Below, in pieces: positions 37,226-49,261 of a DNA stretch of 64,000 nucleotides. Positions within the stretch are counted from its first letter, which is position 1; the number at the start of each line of letters is the position of its first letter. The position numbers were made by a program, and so were the translations under genes. The notes under the pieces were generated by a model that was given only the letters and a program-made list of their open reading frames with translations, did not search any database and had not been told where the DNA came from. The DNA is from Lama glama (lineage: Eukaryota), in the NCBI GenBank assembly GCA_028534125.1, contig CM052817.1, positions 5,582,001 through 5,646,000 of the forward strand, in the 5' to 3' direction.

Positions 37226-37589
37226 AAAATATAGTATATCATTACTGAAAAAAGTGAAAAAGAGACTAAAAATTCACCTGTAAGTCCATCAACTGAAATA
37301 TTTGTTGTTTTTATGTGTTCCTTTCATTCTTTATACTCAAGTGTACATTCTTGTCAATATTTTCCATGCAAGGTGCAGAATTTTCTGTTTAGAGTTTTAC
37401 ACTTTAAAAAATCGTAAACTTATTTTGTGTTGCTATGTAGTCCTTATAAAAGCATTAGTTAAGTAGCCATCTAACTTAGAATTCATGGATAAATAGTAAC
37501 TTGCTCCACTGTTTCCCTATTGGTAGGCTAAGTGTCATCTTCATCAGAAGCCACTGCTACCTGTTTTGTAAATTGTCAGATGTTTCTTC

Positions 37590-38442
37590 CTAATTATTAG
37601 AGAAATGCCAATCAAAATCACAATGAGGTATCACCTTGCATTGATCAGAATGACCATCGTCAAAAAGTCTACAAACAATAAATGCTGGAGAGGGTGTGGA
37701 GCGAAGGGAACCCTCCTATATTATTAGTGGGAATGTAAACTGGTGCAGCTGTTATGGAAAACAGTACGAAATTTCCTTAAAAAACTAAAAATAAGGCTAC
37801 CATATGATCCAACAAGTCCATTCCTGAGCATATATCCAGAAAAGGTGAAAACTCTAATTTCAAAAGATAGATGCACCCCAAATGTTCATAGAGTACTAGT
37901 TACAAGAGCCAAGATGTGGAAGCAACCCAAGTGTTCATCAATAGATGAATGGATAAAGAAGAGGTGAGATATGTATATATAGTGAAATATTACTCAGCCA
38001 TAAAAAAGAATGAAATACTGCCATTTGTGGCAACATGGATGGACCTTGAGATTATCATACCAAGTGAATTAAGAAAGAGAAAGACAAACATTACATGATA
38101 TCACTTATATGTGGAATCTAAAAAGAATGATACAAATGAATTGTATATAAAACAGAAACAGACTCACAGACATAGAAAACAAACTTACAGTTACCACGAG
38201 GAAAGGCAGGTGGGGAAGGGATAAATCAGGAATATGGGATTAACAGATACAAACCACCATACATAAAATAGGTTAACAACAGGGATTTACTATAGAGGAC
38301 AGGGAAATATGTTCAATATCTTGTAATAACCTATAGTGGAAAATAATCTGGAAACAAATAACCAAGTCACTTTGCTGTACACCTGAAACTAACACAATAT
38401 TATAAATCAGCTATACTTTAATTTTTTTAAAAAAGTTTAAAA
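37590..38442 (+). mobile_element. 5'-truncated cetartiodactyl L1 (~850 bp) with a perfect 17-bp TSD
   Basis: L1 ORF2 C-terminus plus 3' UTR; AAATTGTCAGATGTTTC at 37570-37586 and at 38443-38459. Confidence 0.92.
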
Positions 38443-39004
38443 AAATTGTCAGATGTTTCAAGACTCATGCCCTGAAAGTGTCTTTCAGGGCAGGAGAGAA
38501 GACCTTAGGTCAAACAATGTGGAGGAGAGGGGATGTGTAAGTGCTTTTTGTGGAGTGTTGTCTGATTTTCTTTTTATAGCACTAAATTGCAGAATGAAGG
38601 CAACTGTACAAAGTGCTCAGCTCTGTTTGGCACATAGTAGGTGCTCAACATGTTTTTGTGTCCAACTAAGGCCCCAAATGCTTTAGGAGCTCAGATGGTG
38701 CCTAGGGCATCGGGGTGCTCATCCGATGTCCGCAAATGAGTAAACTGACAGGTGACAGATTTACTGAAAATGTTCCCACTCCACGCGCTGTTCCAAGTAG
38801 TTGACACGATTTATCGTATTTCACTTTTCACAACACCCTCCAAGGTAGCTTCCATATCATCCCCATTTCACAGGTGGGAAAACAGACTTACCCAGGATCA
38901 AGGGAGCTAGGATTTGCACACGGGTCCGATACCGCCCCTGTTGTGTTCAGCCCCCATCCTGAGTTGCTTCTGGTGACCCTGTAGCCGGGGGACTGTGAAA
39001 TAAG

Positions 39005-39155
39005 AGACTGTGTGGCACAGGGAACTACATTCAATAGCTTGTAATAACCTATAATGAAAAAGAATACGCAAAAGAATATATATGTATAACTGAATCACTA
39101 TGTTATATACCAGACACTAACACAACATTGTAAATTACTTCAATTAAAAATAAAA
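39005..39155 (+). mobile_element. Short L1 3' tail
   Basis: gcacagggaactacattcaatagcttgtaataacctataatgaaaaagaata...actaacacaacattgtaaat. Confidence 0.75.
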
Positions 39156-39602
39156 CCCAGCATGAATCAATTCTGTTCTTCATTTAAAGCACTTGAAATT
39201 TGGTTTCTGGCCACTGGCATAGTACCTGTTCAGTGGATATTTCTCGAATGAAGCCCAACATGGGTGATACGAACAGGTGAACAGGGGTTGTGACAGGTGG
39301 GCTGCCCCTCCCCAAACCCCGCCCATGGCAGACACCTGCATCAGTCACAGCACCACTTCCTCCGACACCTGGAGGCCTCTGTCTGGTTCTCACAGCAGTG
39401 TCCCAGGAGCGCTGTCTCCCCCGGGAACGGCACTGCCAGCTGAGCTGTGGATAGTGACTTGCTGTTTTTGGGGCTGGAGGTCACTGACGTTCCCAATGTG
39501 TCCCACACCCTTCCCTTAAGTCTTGTAGTGTCTCAAGTGTGTAAGAACAGTGATGGTTTTCCTCCTGATGCATCGTTCTTTTCTTCCTTTGTTTTCATCT
39601 AG

Positions 39603-39661
39603 GTGTATTTTCTCTGGGGGCATGCAAAGGATATCATCCAATCTTTCAAAACACTGGAAAG
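39603..39661 (+). CDS. OTOP1: OTOP1 coding exon 3
   Basis: Long pyrimidine tract, catctag|; VYFLWGHAKDIIQSFKTLE(R); donor AAG|GTAAAA; 59 nt, too short to appear in the ORF track. Confidence 0.95.
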
Positions 39662-40925
39662 GTAAAACTTGTGGGTGATTGCTTTATGTGTTGAATTTTG
39701 TGTTCATCTAGAATGAACAGAACTCATTACAGCCACCTTGCTTGGGTTTTAAATATGGGACCAACTCTCCTCTCCATCCTGACAAGCAAAAGCTTTAGTC
39801 GTGCCCGGGGGAGGGGACCCTCTGCTTTCCGTCTCTTCCAGGACAGCCCTGGAAGTAGGGTGACGTGGGTTGAATGTCAGCTCTGCTCTCTTAGACATCT
39901 CCCCCTTTATAAGCCTCAGTTTTCCTCCTCTGCAAAATGGGGATAATAGCATAGTCAACCTCTGGGGACTGAAGGAACTCATTGGTGTAAAGCTTGTGCC
40001 TGGCACGGAACAAGGACGAAGTAAGTGTGGGGTCTATTATTACCTCTGTCCAACCTCTCTCTCTCTCGATGATTGTGAGGATCAAGGAAGAGAATCTGCA
40101 GGATAATGGAGTGAGTTACCTAAATGCAAGGGATTGTTATTGTGTAAGAAGCTCTGTGTGCTCACATACAGAGGAAGCAAGTCATCAGTACTGGCTTTAT
40201 AGAAAGATGCCTCATGGTAGAAACGGTCAATGGGGAACAGAAAACTCCCCCAGGACCATCTGAAATGAAAACTAATATTTAAAAGATTGTATACAACCAC
40301 CAGCTGGGACTATTTTAATAGACTATTGAACTAGAAATAACTTTCACCAAACTTATTATGCAAAAAGGATCAGCTTCAACAAGAAGTGATGCATCTCTTG
40401 AGCTCCTGCTGTGTGCACAGCCTGCTGCCTGGTGATGTGCAGTGGTAATGGGCTGAGGTATCCCGAGCATCATTCTGGGAGTGTGCAGCCTGCGGTCTCG
40501 CCTGTGCGGCCCAAGCCTTTGCCTTGGGCTTCAACCCTAGTCTTAACTTGAGAAGCCACGCCTCCTGGCAGAGGAGGGGCAGGAAGTGGGTGCCAATTCT
40601 TCTGCCCTTAGAGGAGAGAAATGGACAAATAGGGTCTAATGGACAAGTCAGGGACAAATGAAGTCCAGGCCCCAAGGATCTAGCAAAGGCAGCTTAACTT
40701 GTCCCTTAGAGCAGGACAAAGACTTCCACATCCGTCCTCACATTTAATCCGGGCTCTGTCAGGGTAACTACGGTAACTATGCTTCTCTGTGTTAAATGGT
40801 GTGACAGTGGGTTCCAGCAGGTTAGGGAACTTACCTGGGTCTCCAGAGTACAAGTGGCCAGCCCGGAATTTCCATCCAGTTTCTCCCATTTCATGTGCTG
40901 GGCAGTGAGGAGTATGTGTGTGTTG

Positions 40926-40999
40926 CTTCCCCCTCCCTCCATCAGTGAGGCTGGGCTCTGCTCTTCCCCCTCCTTCCATCAGTGAGGCTGGGCTCTGCT
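40926..40999. repeat. 37-bp tandem duplication (1 mismatch)
   Basis: CTTCCCCCTCC(C/T)TCCATCAGTGAGGCTGGGCTCTGCT occurs twice in a row. Confidence 0.9.
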
Positions 41000-41144
41000 C
41001 GCAGCTTGGAGAGAACTTGCTGATTTTGTTCTGGGACATGGGCTTTGCTTCATCTACTCCAGAGACATTCTTTAAAAAATGTACTTTTTTCCCCTGATAA
41101 AACTTGTAAGGATATAATAGAATTTAAAAATCACCATAATGCCA

Positions 41145-41507
41145 TTGTTATGGACTGAATGTTTGTGTCTGCCCCTAAATGCGTATGTTAAAGCCCTAAC
41201 CTCCAACGTGATGGTATTAGGTGGTGCCTTTGGGAAGTAATAGGTCATGAGGTCATGAGGGTGCAGCCCCTACAATGGCGTTAGTGCCCTTAGATTAGAA
41301 GAGGAAGAGACACGAGAGCTCTCTCTCTCCGAGAGCACCCAGAGGAAAGGCCATGTGAGGACACAGTGACAGGCAGCCGCCTGCCAGCCACAAAGAGAAG
41401 CATCACCAGAAATCAACTCTGCGTGCACCTGGATCTTGGACTTTGAGCCTCTGGAACTGTGAGAAATAAACACCTGTTGTTTTATTCTAGCAGCCAGAGC
41501 TGAGACA
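41145..41507 (+). mobile_element. MaLR solo LTR (MLT1A-like)
   Basis: tgttatggactgaatgtttgtgtc...gaactgtgagaaataaacacctgttg...gctgagaca. Confidence 0.85.
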
Positions 41508-41739
41508 GCTGCCACCCAGTGGTAACTAGTTACATTGTGGTCTGTTTCCTTCCAGTCTTTTTTTGTGACTAGGTATGTATTTTTTCTTTTTCCTTTTTAC
41601 AGTTGTGGTCCTGCCCTTCTTGCTCTGCTTCCCCTTTTCCTTTTGTAGTTAACATCTCCCTCGTTGGTCTTTTTCTACACTGTGATCTTTACTGGTTGCA
41701 CATTTTGCCATTGCTGTGGTTTATGGAACCGGTACCTTG

Positions 41740-42616
41740 TTGTGTTAGTCAGCTCAGGCCACACGCTGGGGGACTTAATGACAAAAACTTATCTTCTCAC
41801 AGTTACAGAGGCTCCAAGTTCAAGGTCAAAGTGCCGACAGGTTGGTTTCTGGTGAAGCTGTCTCTGGGCAGAGTGAGAGAGCTCTCTGGTGTCTCTTCCT
41901 CCTCTTAGAAGAACGCCAGTCCTACTGGATCAGGGCCCCACCCTTATGACCTCATTTAACCTTGTTACTTCCATTTATACCCTAAATGTCTCTAAGTACA
42001 GTTGTTACCCCAAAGGGGGAAGGAAAAAGATCCCAGTTCTTGTCTTACTGGAAAGATAAGAATTCAGGTGGGAGACGGGAGCGTTGTGTATTGAAAGACT
42101 TTAAAGGGTTTATTAGCAAAGGGAAAGTACCCCTCCAAGAACAGGAGGCGGGCTGATCCAGGGGCTGGCGGCAGTGGTCTTTGTTTGCCCCCTTCTCTTA
42201 TACCCTCGCTTAGAGGTGGTCTCTTGATTGACTGACAGCTCTTGCCCCTGGAGTGCTTGGTCATGCTCGTCCCCTTTTGTGCATGTCCTTACCCATGATG
42301 CACATAGGAAAGCCCATGGGGGAGCCTAAACCGCCATGCTAATTACATTACAAAGGGCACTGGGTCCTGTCCAGTTAGGTCCCTGTCACTTCTGTGCAGT
42401 TGCAGCCATTGGGTTCTAACCGGTTTCTTGCTGGCGCTCATTTGGAGGAAGTAAAGCCCCTTTATGCCGCAGCAGGCAAACCGCCATCTTCCGGGCCATG
42501 CTCCCCCTCCCACACCTTAGCTGCCCCGCGCCCCGCTTATCTAACTACCCAACACAGTCACATTGGGGGTGGGTCTTCAGCATGTAAGTTTTGAGGGGAC
42601 ACATCCAGTCCATACA
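41740..42616 (-). mobile_element. MaLR LTR (MLT1A-like), antisense, split by a younger LTR
   Basis: tgtgttagtcagctcagg...cccacccttatgacctcatttaacc...|...cagtcacattgggggt...cagtccataca. Confidence 0.8.
42003..42554 (-). mobile_element. Solo LTR (552 bp, ERV1/gamma-like) with a 4-bp TSD
   Basis: TGTT...AACA inverted termini; CAGT duplicated at 41999-42002 and 42555-42558; minus-strand TATAA (~42202-42198) and AATAAA (42113-42108). Confidence 0.85.
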
Positions 42617-43186
42617 CCTCTTGTTGGACATCTAATTTGTCTGAAAGCTTTTGTTGTTGTTATAAATTGTGCTCTAATGAACATTTTTCAATGAAAAATA
42701 TTTTTGGACAGCTCTGATTATTTTCTTAGCTTAAATTCCTACAAGTAGAATTGCTGGCATAAAGGGTGAGATGTTTTCAGCAAATGCAGATTGGGCAGCC
42801 TGTCGTCCCCAGGAACTCCTGGCTGAGTCTGTGGGCTTTCCCGTTCATAACGCATTTTCTTTTACACGTATTACTCATGAGAACCTCTCTAACCCTGTCA
42901 GTTAGAGGCAGTAGGTATGATCGTGATTCCACTTAGCAGATGAGGAAACTGAGGAATGAAGCAAAGGTCCAAGGTCAGGCAGCTCACTTGGGCATCACTG
43001 GATGGGACCTGAATGTTGACTTTAAGTCCACGGCTATTTCCATGGCATCGCAGTGGCTGAGGTGGCCAGCGGGGTTTGCTGGGTGAAGTCTTTCTCTTTG
43101 CTTTAGTCACTATTTAATCATAGCCTCAAGGACACTTGGGCCCATTTCCCTCTATGCAGAAAAGGGCCTTCGGCTTGCTTTCTAGG

Positions 43187-43527
43187 TCTGTGCTGTCCGA
43201 TATAGCAGCCACCAGCCACACGTGGCTATGGAGCACTTGAACTGTGGCTGGTTTGCACTGAGATGTGCCATAAGTGTACATGAAACACCGGGTTTTGGAG
43301 ATTAAAATAAGAAAACAGAATGTAAAATATCTCAGTGATAACTGTTTTAGTATTGATTATATGTTGACATCATGATATGTTCAATATATTGGGTTTAACA
43401 AAATATGATTAAAATTATTTTCGCCTGTCCCTTTTTGCTATTCTTTTAATGTGGCTACTAGGAAACGGAAAATGACATATGTGGCTTGCATCAGTGTCTT
43501 GCATTATCTTTTTTGGAACAGTGCTGC
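43187..43527. mobile_element. MER33/MER3-like hAT element
   Basis: ctgtgctgtccgatatagcagccaccagccacacgtggctat...ttggaacagtgctg with inverted termini. Confidence 0.75.
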
Positions 43528-45988
43528 CCTAAGTCATGTACCTAGACATTTCCCATGAGAACTTTTCATCTGAGGGAACCATGAAGGACTGGGACATAGT
43601 CCTGCCTTGACCTTGCTTGTTGAGTGATTGGAGACAAGTTGCTCTCTGTCTCTGGGCCTCTTTCCTAAACTGGACAGTGAGTGGTTTGAACCTGCTATGC
43701 TTATAGCTTGATTTAGCCTGTTTTGATTGTTAGGCAAAGTGTTAACCATTTTTGAGTTACTTACCTCCTTTAGATTTTAGAATTAGACTTCCCTTAAAAA
43801 AATTGGAAGATTTGACCATCCCACATGTGCCTGGCAACAAAGAGCTAGAGTTGGAATTGTTCCCTCCAGATAGAGACTGGCCCCTTATTTAGCTACAGTC
43901 CCCACCACTCCCTAATGTCACCCACTTCATTCACTGATGTTGTCTGCCAGGCACTGGAGCTTTCAGAACTCACCACTCCTGGACTTACTCTTTTCTTCTT
44001 GTCTTTCTAGCCAATATTCCAGTATCCATGCTTTTAGTACCTACAGGGACTTTTCTCCTGAAGTGAGAAGTCCCTTTACTGGCTTGAGTCCTTTTCTTTT
44101 CTCAAGAGTGAAGTTTAGAGGAACAGGAGTTCCAAAAGGAGGGCTGGATACAAAAAAAATGAGGTCAGCGATGTCTCACGAAAGCCTTCTCTTGATTGTG
44201 CTCTGGGGTTATGGGATCCAAGTAGGAGAGAGGCAGTCTGGCATGAGGAAGAGATGCCTGCCTTTAGTTGGCAGGACAGCTTCCAGCTCCAACCCACAGG
44301 AGGCCGCCAGCTCGCGGGGAGCATGCGTGGCAGAACGGGCGGCAGCTGCGGGCGGCAGCGGTCTCACCTGCCTGGGTGCAGAGGGTCTGGGATTAGACAG
44401 CTCCGTTTGGAGCAGGAAAGAGAAGAAAGGGGGAGCTGTGTGCATTATAAGTAAAAGAAAAGCCAGCCGGCCTGAGGCAAACAGCATTGTCTGCGTTTGT
44501 CAAAGGCTCTATACAATGCCTCCCCGATGCCCCGGGGGAGGCTGGCCACCATCTATAGTAACTGGGCAAGCGCCAGGCGCAAGAAGACGGGTAAGCGCCT
44601 GACTCAGACCCGCCCCCGCCGCAGGTGGCCGTTTCCTCCTCCACTTGTGCCTGGACATTGGGAAGTGGCCAAAGGAAGCTAGAATTCAAACGAGGAAAGG
44701 CTTTGCCTGCGGGTGCTCATGGGAGCCCCAGAGGAGTCTTCTGGGGTTGAAATCCAGAGGAGAGGCAGGGTCAGGGTTGAGTGCCCAGCTGCACCATTTT
44801 CCCTCAGACAGATGGTGGACAAGCGTGTCCTGGTTACACAGGGAGGGGCTTGCAGCCTCCGGCCTCTGCTTTCCAGCTGGAAAGCGATCAGTTACACACA
44901 AGTTTCAAGGAATGCGTCTCTCAAATCACCTGCCTTTGCTGCACCTGCTCCACGCAAGGCCCTTCGTTAAGTACCCTGGACGCTGCTGATGCGAACACGT
45001 CCTCAGCTGGCAGCCATGGGGAGACTTCGGAGGTTTGAAACAGACAGCGAACCTCACTGGATATCTCCCCAGATCCCGCCTCTGTTTCCCACAGTCCAGA
45101 GTCCACTCTCCACGTCACTCTTTTTCTCCTTCCTCAAGAGGCAGCGTGGCACACACGCAGGGACAGAACCCTGGGGTCGGACTAGAACAACGTTGTTGCT
45201 TGCTAACTTTCAAACGCCAAATGTGGCTACTTACTCTGTGACTATGGCCTAACTCCCGAGCCTATCAGACTTCAGCATCTCCGCGGTGTCATCACAGAAC
45301 AGGCTCTTTCTATGTTTCCACTCTGCCATCCTCAGTGGTGAGGGTTTCATCCCATGCTGGTTGCTTTGTGGTCACAAGGTAGCTGCCACAACTCCAGCCT
45401 TCACGTCTACGTTCAAGGCTGGAAAAAATGGGGAGAAGCACAGTAAATAGGCTTTTCTCATTCTTACCTCTTTCATCAAGAAAGCAAAAGCTTTTCAGTA
45501 GTTCACAGCAGATTTCACCTTACTGGTCAGAATGGCCATGCCTAACTGCAAGGAGACCAGATAGTGTGTCTCTGGTTTGTTTTGGTGTCTTCAGAAGTAA
45601 CTGGTAAGACTGAGGGGGTGGATAATAATCATGAGGTTGGCCAACCGACAGTAAGGGTGCACCCAACTCTCCAGATTCTCAGTGTAGCCCTTTCATCTTT
45701 TCTTCATTGTTCTCTCCTCTTCCTTTCTGGGAGAAAGGGTTTAGGGTATGGTGGGGTTGGTAGCCTGCTTTGAGGAAACTTCCATGCCTGTATCCCTGTT
45801 TCCAAGACCCAGTACATTTTTGTCCCATAGACAATGAGTTGAACACTGGCAAGTTCAAGATTAAGGTCGAGTGCCAAGACTGTGGTTTTGGAAATTTCCA
45901 GAGAACTGCTTGTCCCAGGCAGGCAGGGAGGGGACCCACTCTGAGCCTGAGCTGCCAGACAAAACCACAATCACGGCTAAGAAGGAGG

Positions 45989-46027
45989 CATGTGTGTGTG
46001 TGTGTGTGTGTGTGCGCGCGCATGTGT
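45989..46027. repeat. (TG)n(CG)n alternating purine-pyrimidine microsatellite
   Basis: catgtgtgtg...tgtgcgcgcgcatgtgt, ~80 nt upstream of the OTOP1 exon 4 acceptor. Confidence 0.9.
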
Positions 46028-46103
46028 TTAATGTCTCTATCTCACCCCAAGGGGCTTGGAGCTTCCCAGGGCTGCTCCAGAAATAAATCCTTGTGTTTTT
46101 CAG

Positions 46104-46234
46104 GTTTGGGGTGATCCACTCGGTGTTTACCAACCTGCTTCTGTGGGCCAACAGCGTCCTGAATGAGTCAAAGCACCAACTCAACGAGCACAAGGAACGG
46201 CTCATCACCCTGGGCTTCGGGAACATAACCATAG
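46104..46234 (+). CDS. OTOP1: OTOP1 coding exon 4
   Basis: Acceptor gtttttcag|; FGVIHSVFTNLLLWANSVLNESKHQLNEHKERLITLGFGNITI; donor TAG|GTGAGT. Confidence 0.96.
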
Positions 46235-49200
46235 GTGAGTGGTCGCGGCGGCCCCGCCGCCACGTCGGAATGTCTGGGAACCTGCAGAGACCAGACTGTT
46301 CAGAGCTGGAGGGACGGGTTTCAGGGTCCGTCCAGCTCAACATCAGCCAGACAATCCTCTGTTGTTGAAAATCTTTCAAAACCTCCCAAGTCTCTCGTCC
46401 TGCCTCCTTAAGTAGGGTGCCCTGAGCATAATGAAAGGTTTCTCCCACAACTCAGGGACGTGTCAGACCCAAGGGCCGTCATTTTGAGCGCCGTTTCTCA
46501 CGGTCCAGTTTGGTGTGGAAACGAAGGTCTTTGTCTACAACCGTGGAAGATGGGTGGTTTTTTCTGTTTGTGTTTTCAATGAAACCTCTGTTACTAATAC
46601 TTTCTATTAAAAGTGTAGCTTTGAAAAATCCATACAAGGCTAATGGTATGTTGCGGTTAATTGGCTTTCGCTCATTTGAAGGTTTTATTAAACTCTGCCT
46701 GGTTGGTCATTTTCCATCTTTATTTCGCCTGTTCCTGTAGTGCTAATCTTTTTACTTTCCTTCAAAGTTCTTTAGCATTTGTGATCTGTCACTTTTCTAT
46801 TAGGACACTGGGGTTGAGAAAAAGGCAGGGAGGGGAGAGGTAGAGGAAGGAGCAGTATACTAGAACAGGGTGTCTCAGGTTTGGGTCCTGTTTCCATCAC
46901 GTACAAGCTGTGTGACCTTTGGAAACCATTTGACCTCTCTGAGCCTTCCTTTTCTCATTCATAAAGTGAGGGCACCTGAACTGTGGACTTTCCATGAGCC
47001 CTTCCAGCTTTCATGTACTGCATCTCTGTACTCTGTTCAATGCCAGGGCAGTCACGGAGAGAACTTTAAACCCTTTTCCTCGCCAGTGGGGTGGGAATGA
47101 CAACAGCAGGGGTGCACGCGATGTGTCTTCACCAACCCCAGCTGGCAGCCCGCTCTTGGGATGGCCACTCTCTTGGTATCAAAACCAGTAACAGCAAGGA
47201 CAACGATAACAAAAACAGAAATTTATTAAGCATTTTTTGAGTGGCTGGGACATTAAATTCTGCCCCAGTACTCTGAGGTAGGCGACAATGACCACATCAT
47301 ACAGATGAAGCCGTTGAGCCACAAAGTTAAGTAAGTAACCCAAGGTTGCACAGTGAGTAGGTGATTGAGCCAGGATTTGAATCCTAGCAATCTGGCTTCA
47401 GAAACCTCTGCGAAAGATGAGATGAGATTAATTTATTTAAAAAGGGACTCCATCAGCACTAACATTCTGTTAATCTGAACGTTTTCCTCTGATTTCTTCC
47501 CTTATCTTTTGCATCATATTGTATTGGGTTGTAAGTGGCGGGAAACTCCTTAGGAACTGAACATTGTCGTGTTCTGCAAAGGCGCTACCACAGAGCTATT
47601 AATGCTGCCACAAAGAGCTTTCGTCTGATTTTATAAGTAGTATACGCATATCATAAATTAAAACCACTGTTTTACCAAGTGTAAAGAAAAAAATCCACCG
47701 TGTCATCTAACCAGGAGTGCAGTCAAATGCTGTTAACATCTAGTGATTTTTGGTAGAGAGTTACTTTTTATTTATTTATAGTTGAGATTATACTGTAAAT
47801 ATTCAATTTTTTCTACAACCTACAATAAGAAACAGATTTTACACTGCATCCCAGATGCACACATCCCTGTATGTATGTGCATGTGTGTATGTCAAGAAAT
47901 AATAATCTTACTATATCAGAGACACTCTCAAATTTCTATTATATTTGATTCCATTCATTCAATCCCATTTTATTCCATTACAATTCCATTAAAAAATATT
48001 GATTGCTTCTCTCTAAATTGATTTCACAACTGAGTTCCAGGTTGTGATATGCATTTAAAAATTCTGTATATAAAATTTGTTCTTATTTTTTTCCCATTGT
48101 ATTGTAACATGATTATTTTTCTTGTGTCATTAAAACACAACTTGATTTTAACTTTTAATGGCTGCCTACGATTCTATTGTAAGGGGATATCAAAACTCAC
48201 TTCACACTTTCTAAACTGTTGCACATTAAGATGTTTTTCTTTCTCAAAAACCCACAACAACAATAAAAAACCAAACACCAAAACAAAAAAAAGCCCTATG
48301 CACAACAAAATTTTACCTAATGCTTTGATTATATTTTTGACTTTTCCCTCAGAATAGATTGGAATCGTAGGCCAGAGACTTTATATCATCCTTAAGGCTT
48401 TTGTTGTTTATTTCATGATTAATTTACAGAATTTCCCCTCCTAGTTATGAAACGGCCCTTGGCACCATCGCCAAGTGTCTTCCGGAAGGTGGTTTCGGCT
48501 CATGCCACACTGGCTAGCTCCGGATGTTCTCAAGAGGAAAATCTTTGCTGATGAGACAGGACGTTTTCCCTCACAAAGTTATTTTTTAAAAATACCTTAA
48601 AAATCACACGTGTAAGCCCTATTCCTATAGAAAGTTTAGGAAATACAACAAAGCAAAATCTAGAGGAAAATGACACACTGTGCACCGTAAACTTACAGCA
48701 TCGTATGTCAGTTGCATCTCAATAAAGCTGGGAAAAAAGACATTCTAGACATTTCCTTTACTGAAAAAAACAAAAAATCACCTGCCATTTTCCCCACCCA
48801 GAGAGAACCATTGTTCACATTTTAGTTTATGCCCATCCAGATTTTTCTCTGTCTGTCTGCCTCTCTCTCTATCTGCATAAAGTTATGTATTGCCTGTGTA
48901 TCTATTTAGAAGAACAAATTCATACTCTGTCCTCTTTGGGAAACTGCTTTTGTTCAACAGCATCTTGTGAACATCCTTTTATGTTGTCCAGGAAATTTCT
49001 GCAATATGATTTTCAATGGCTGGACAATAATCTGATGTCTGGATAAGATGTAATTCATGTAATTGTCCTCTTTGGGGGATATTCCTGGCTGTCAATTTAG
49101 CCATAATATTAAATGTGATAATACGCCATGAAACACACGAGCTTGTAACTCAGCAGGCAAACCCAAGCGTGCATCCACAGGAAGGGTATTTCTTTGTGGT

Positions 49201-49261
49201 TTGCCATGTGGCCACTGAATATGCTAATCGCCCTCCCTTGCGATCTGCCTCTGTCCCCTAG

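Noticed and set aside
43937..44602. 221-aa plus-strand intronic ORF
   Set aside because: No recognisable homology or domain; only its 3' end coincides with the promoter-like element reported as a finding.
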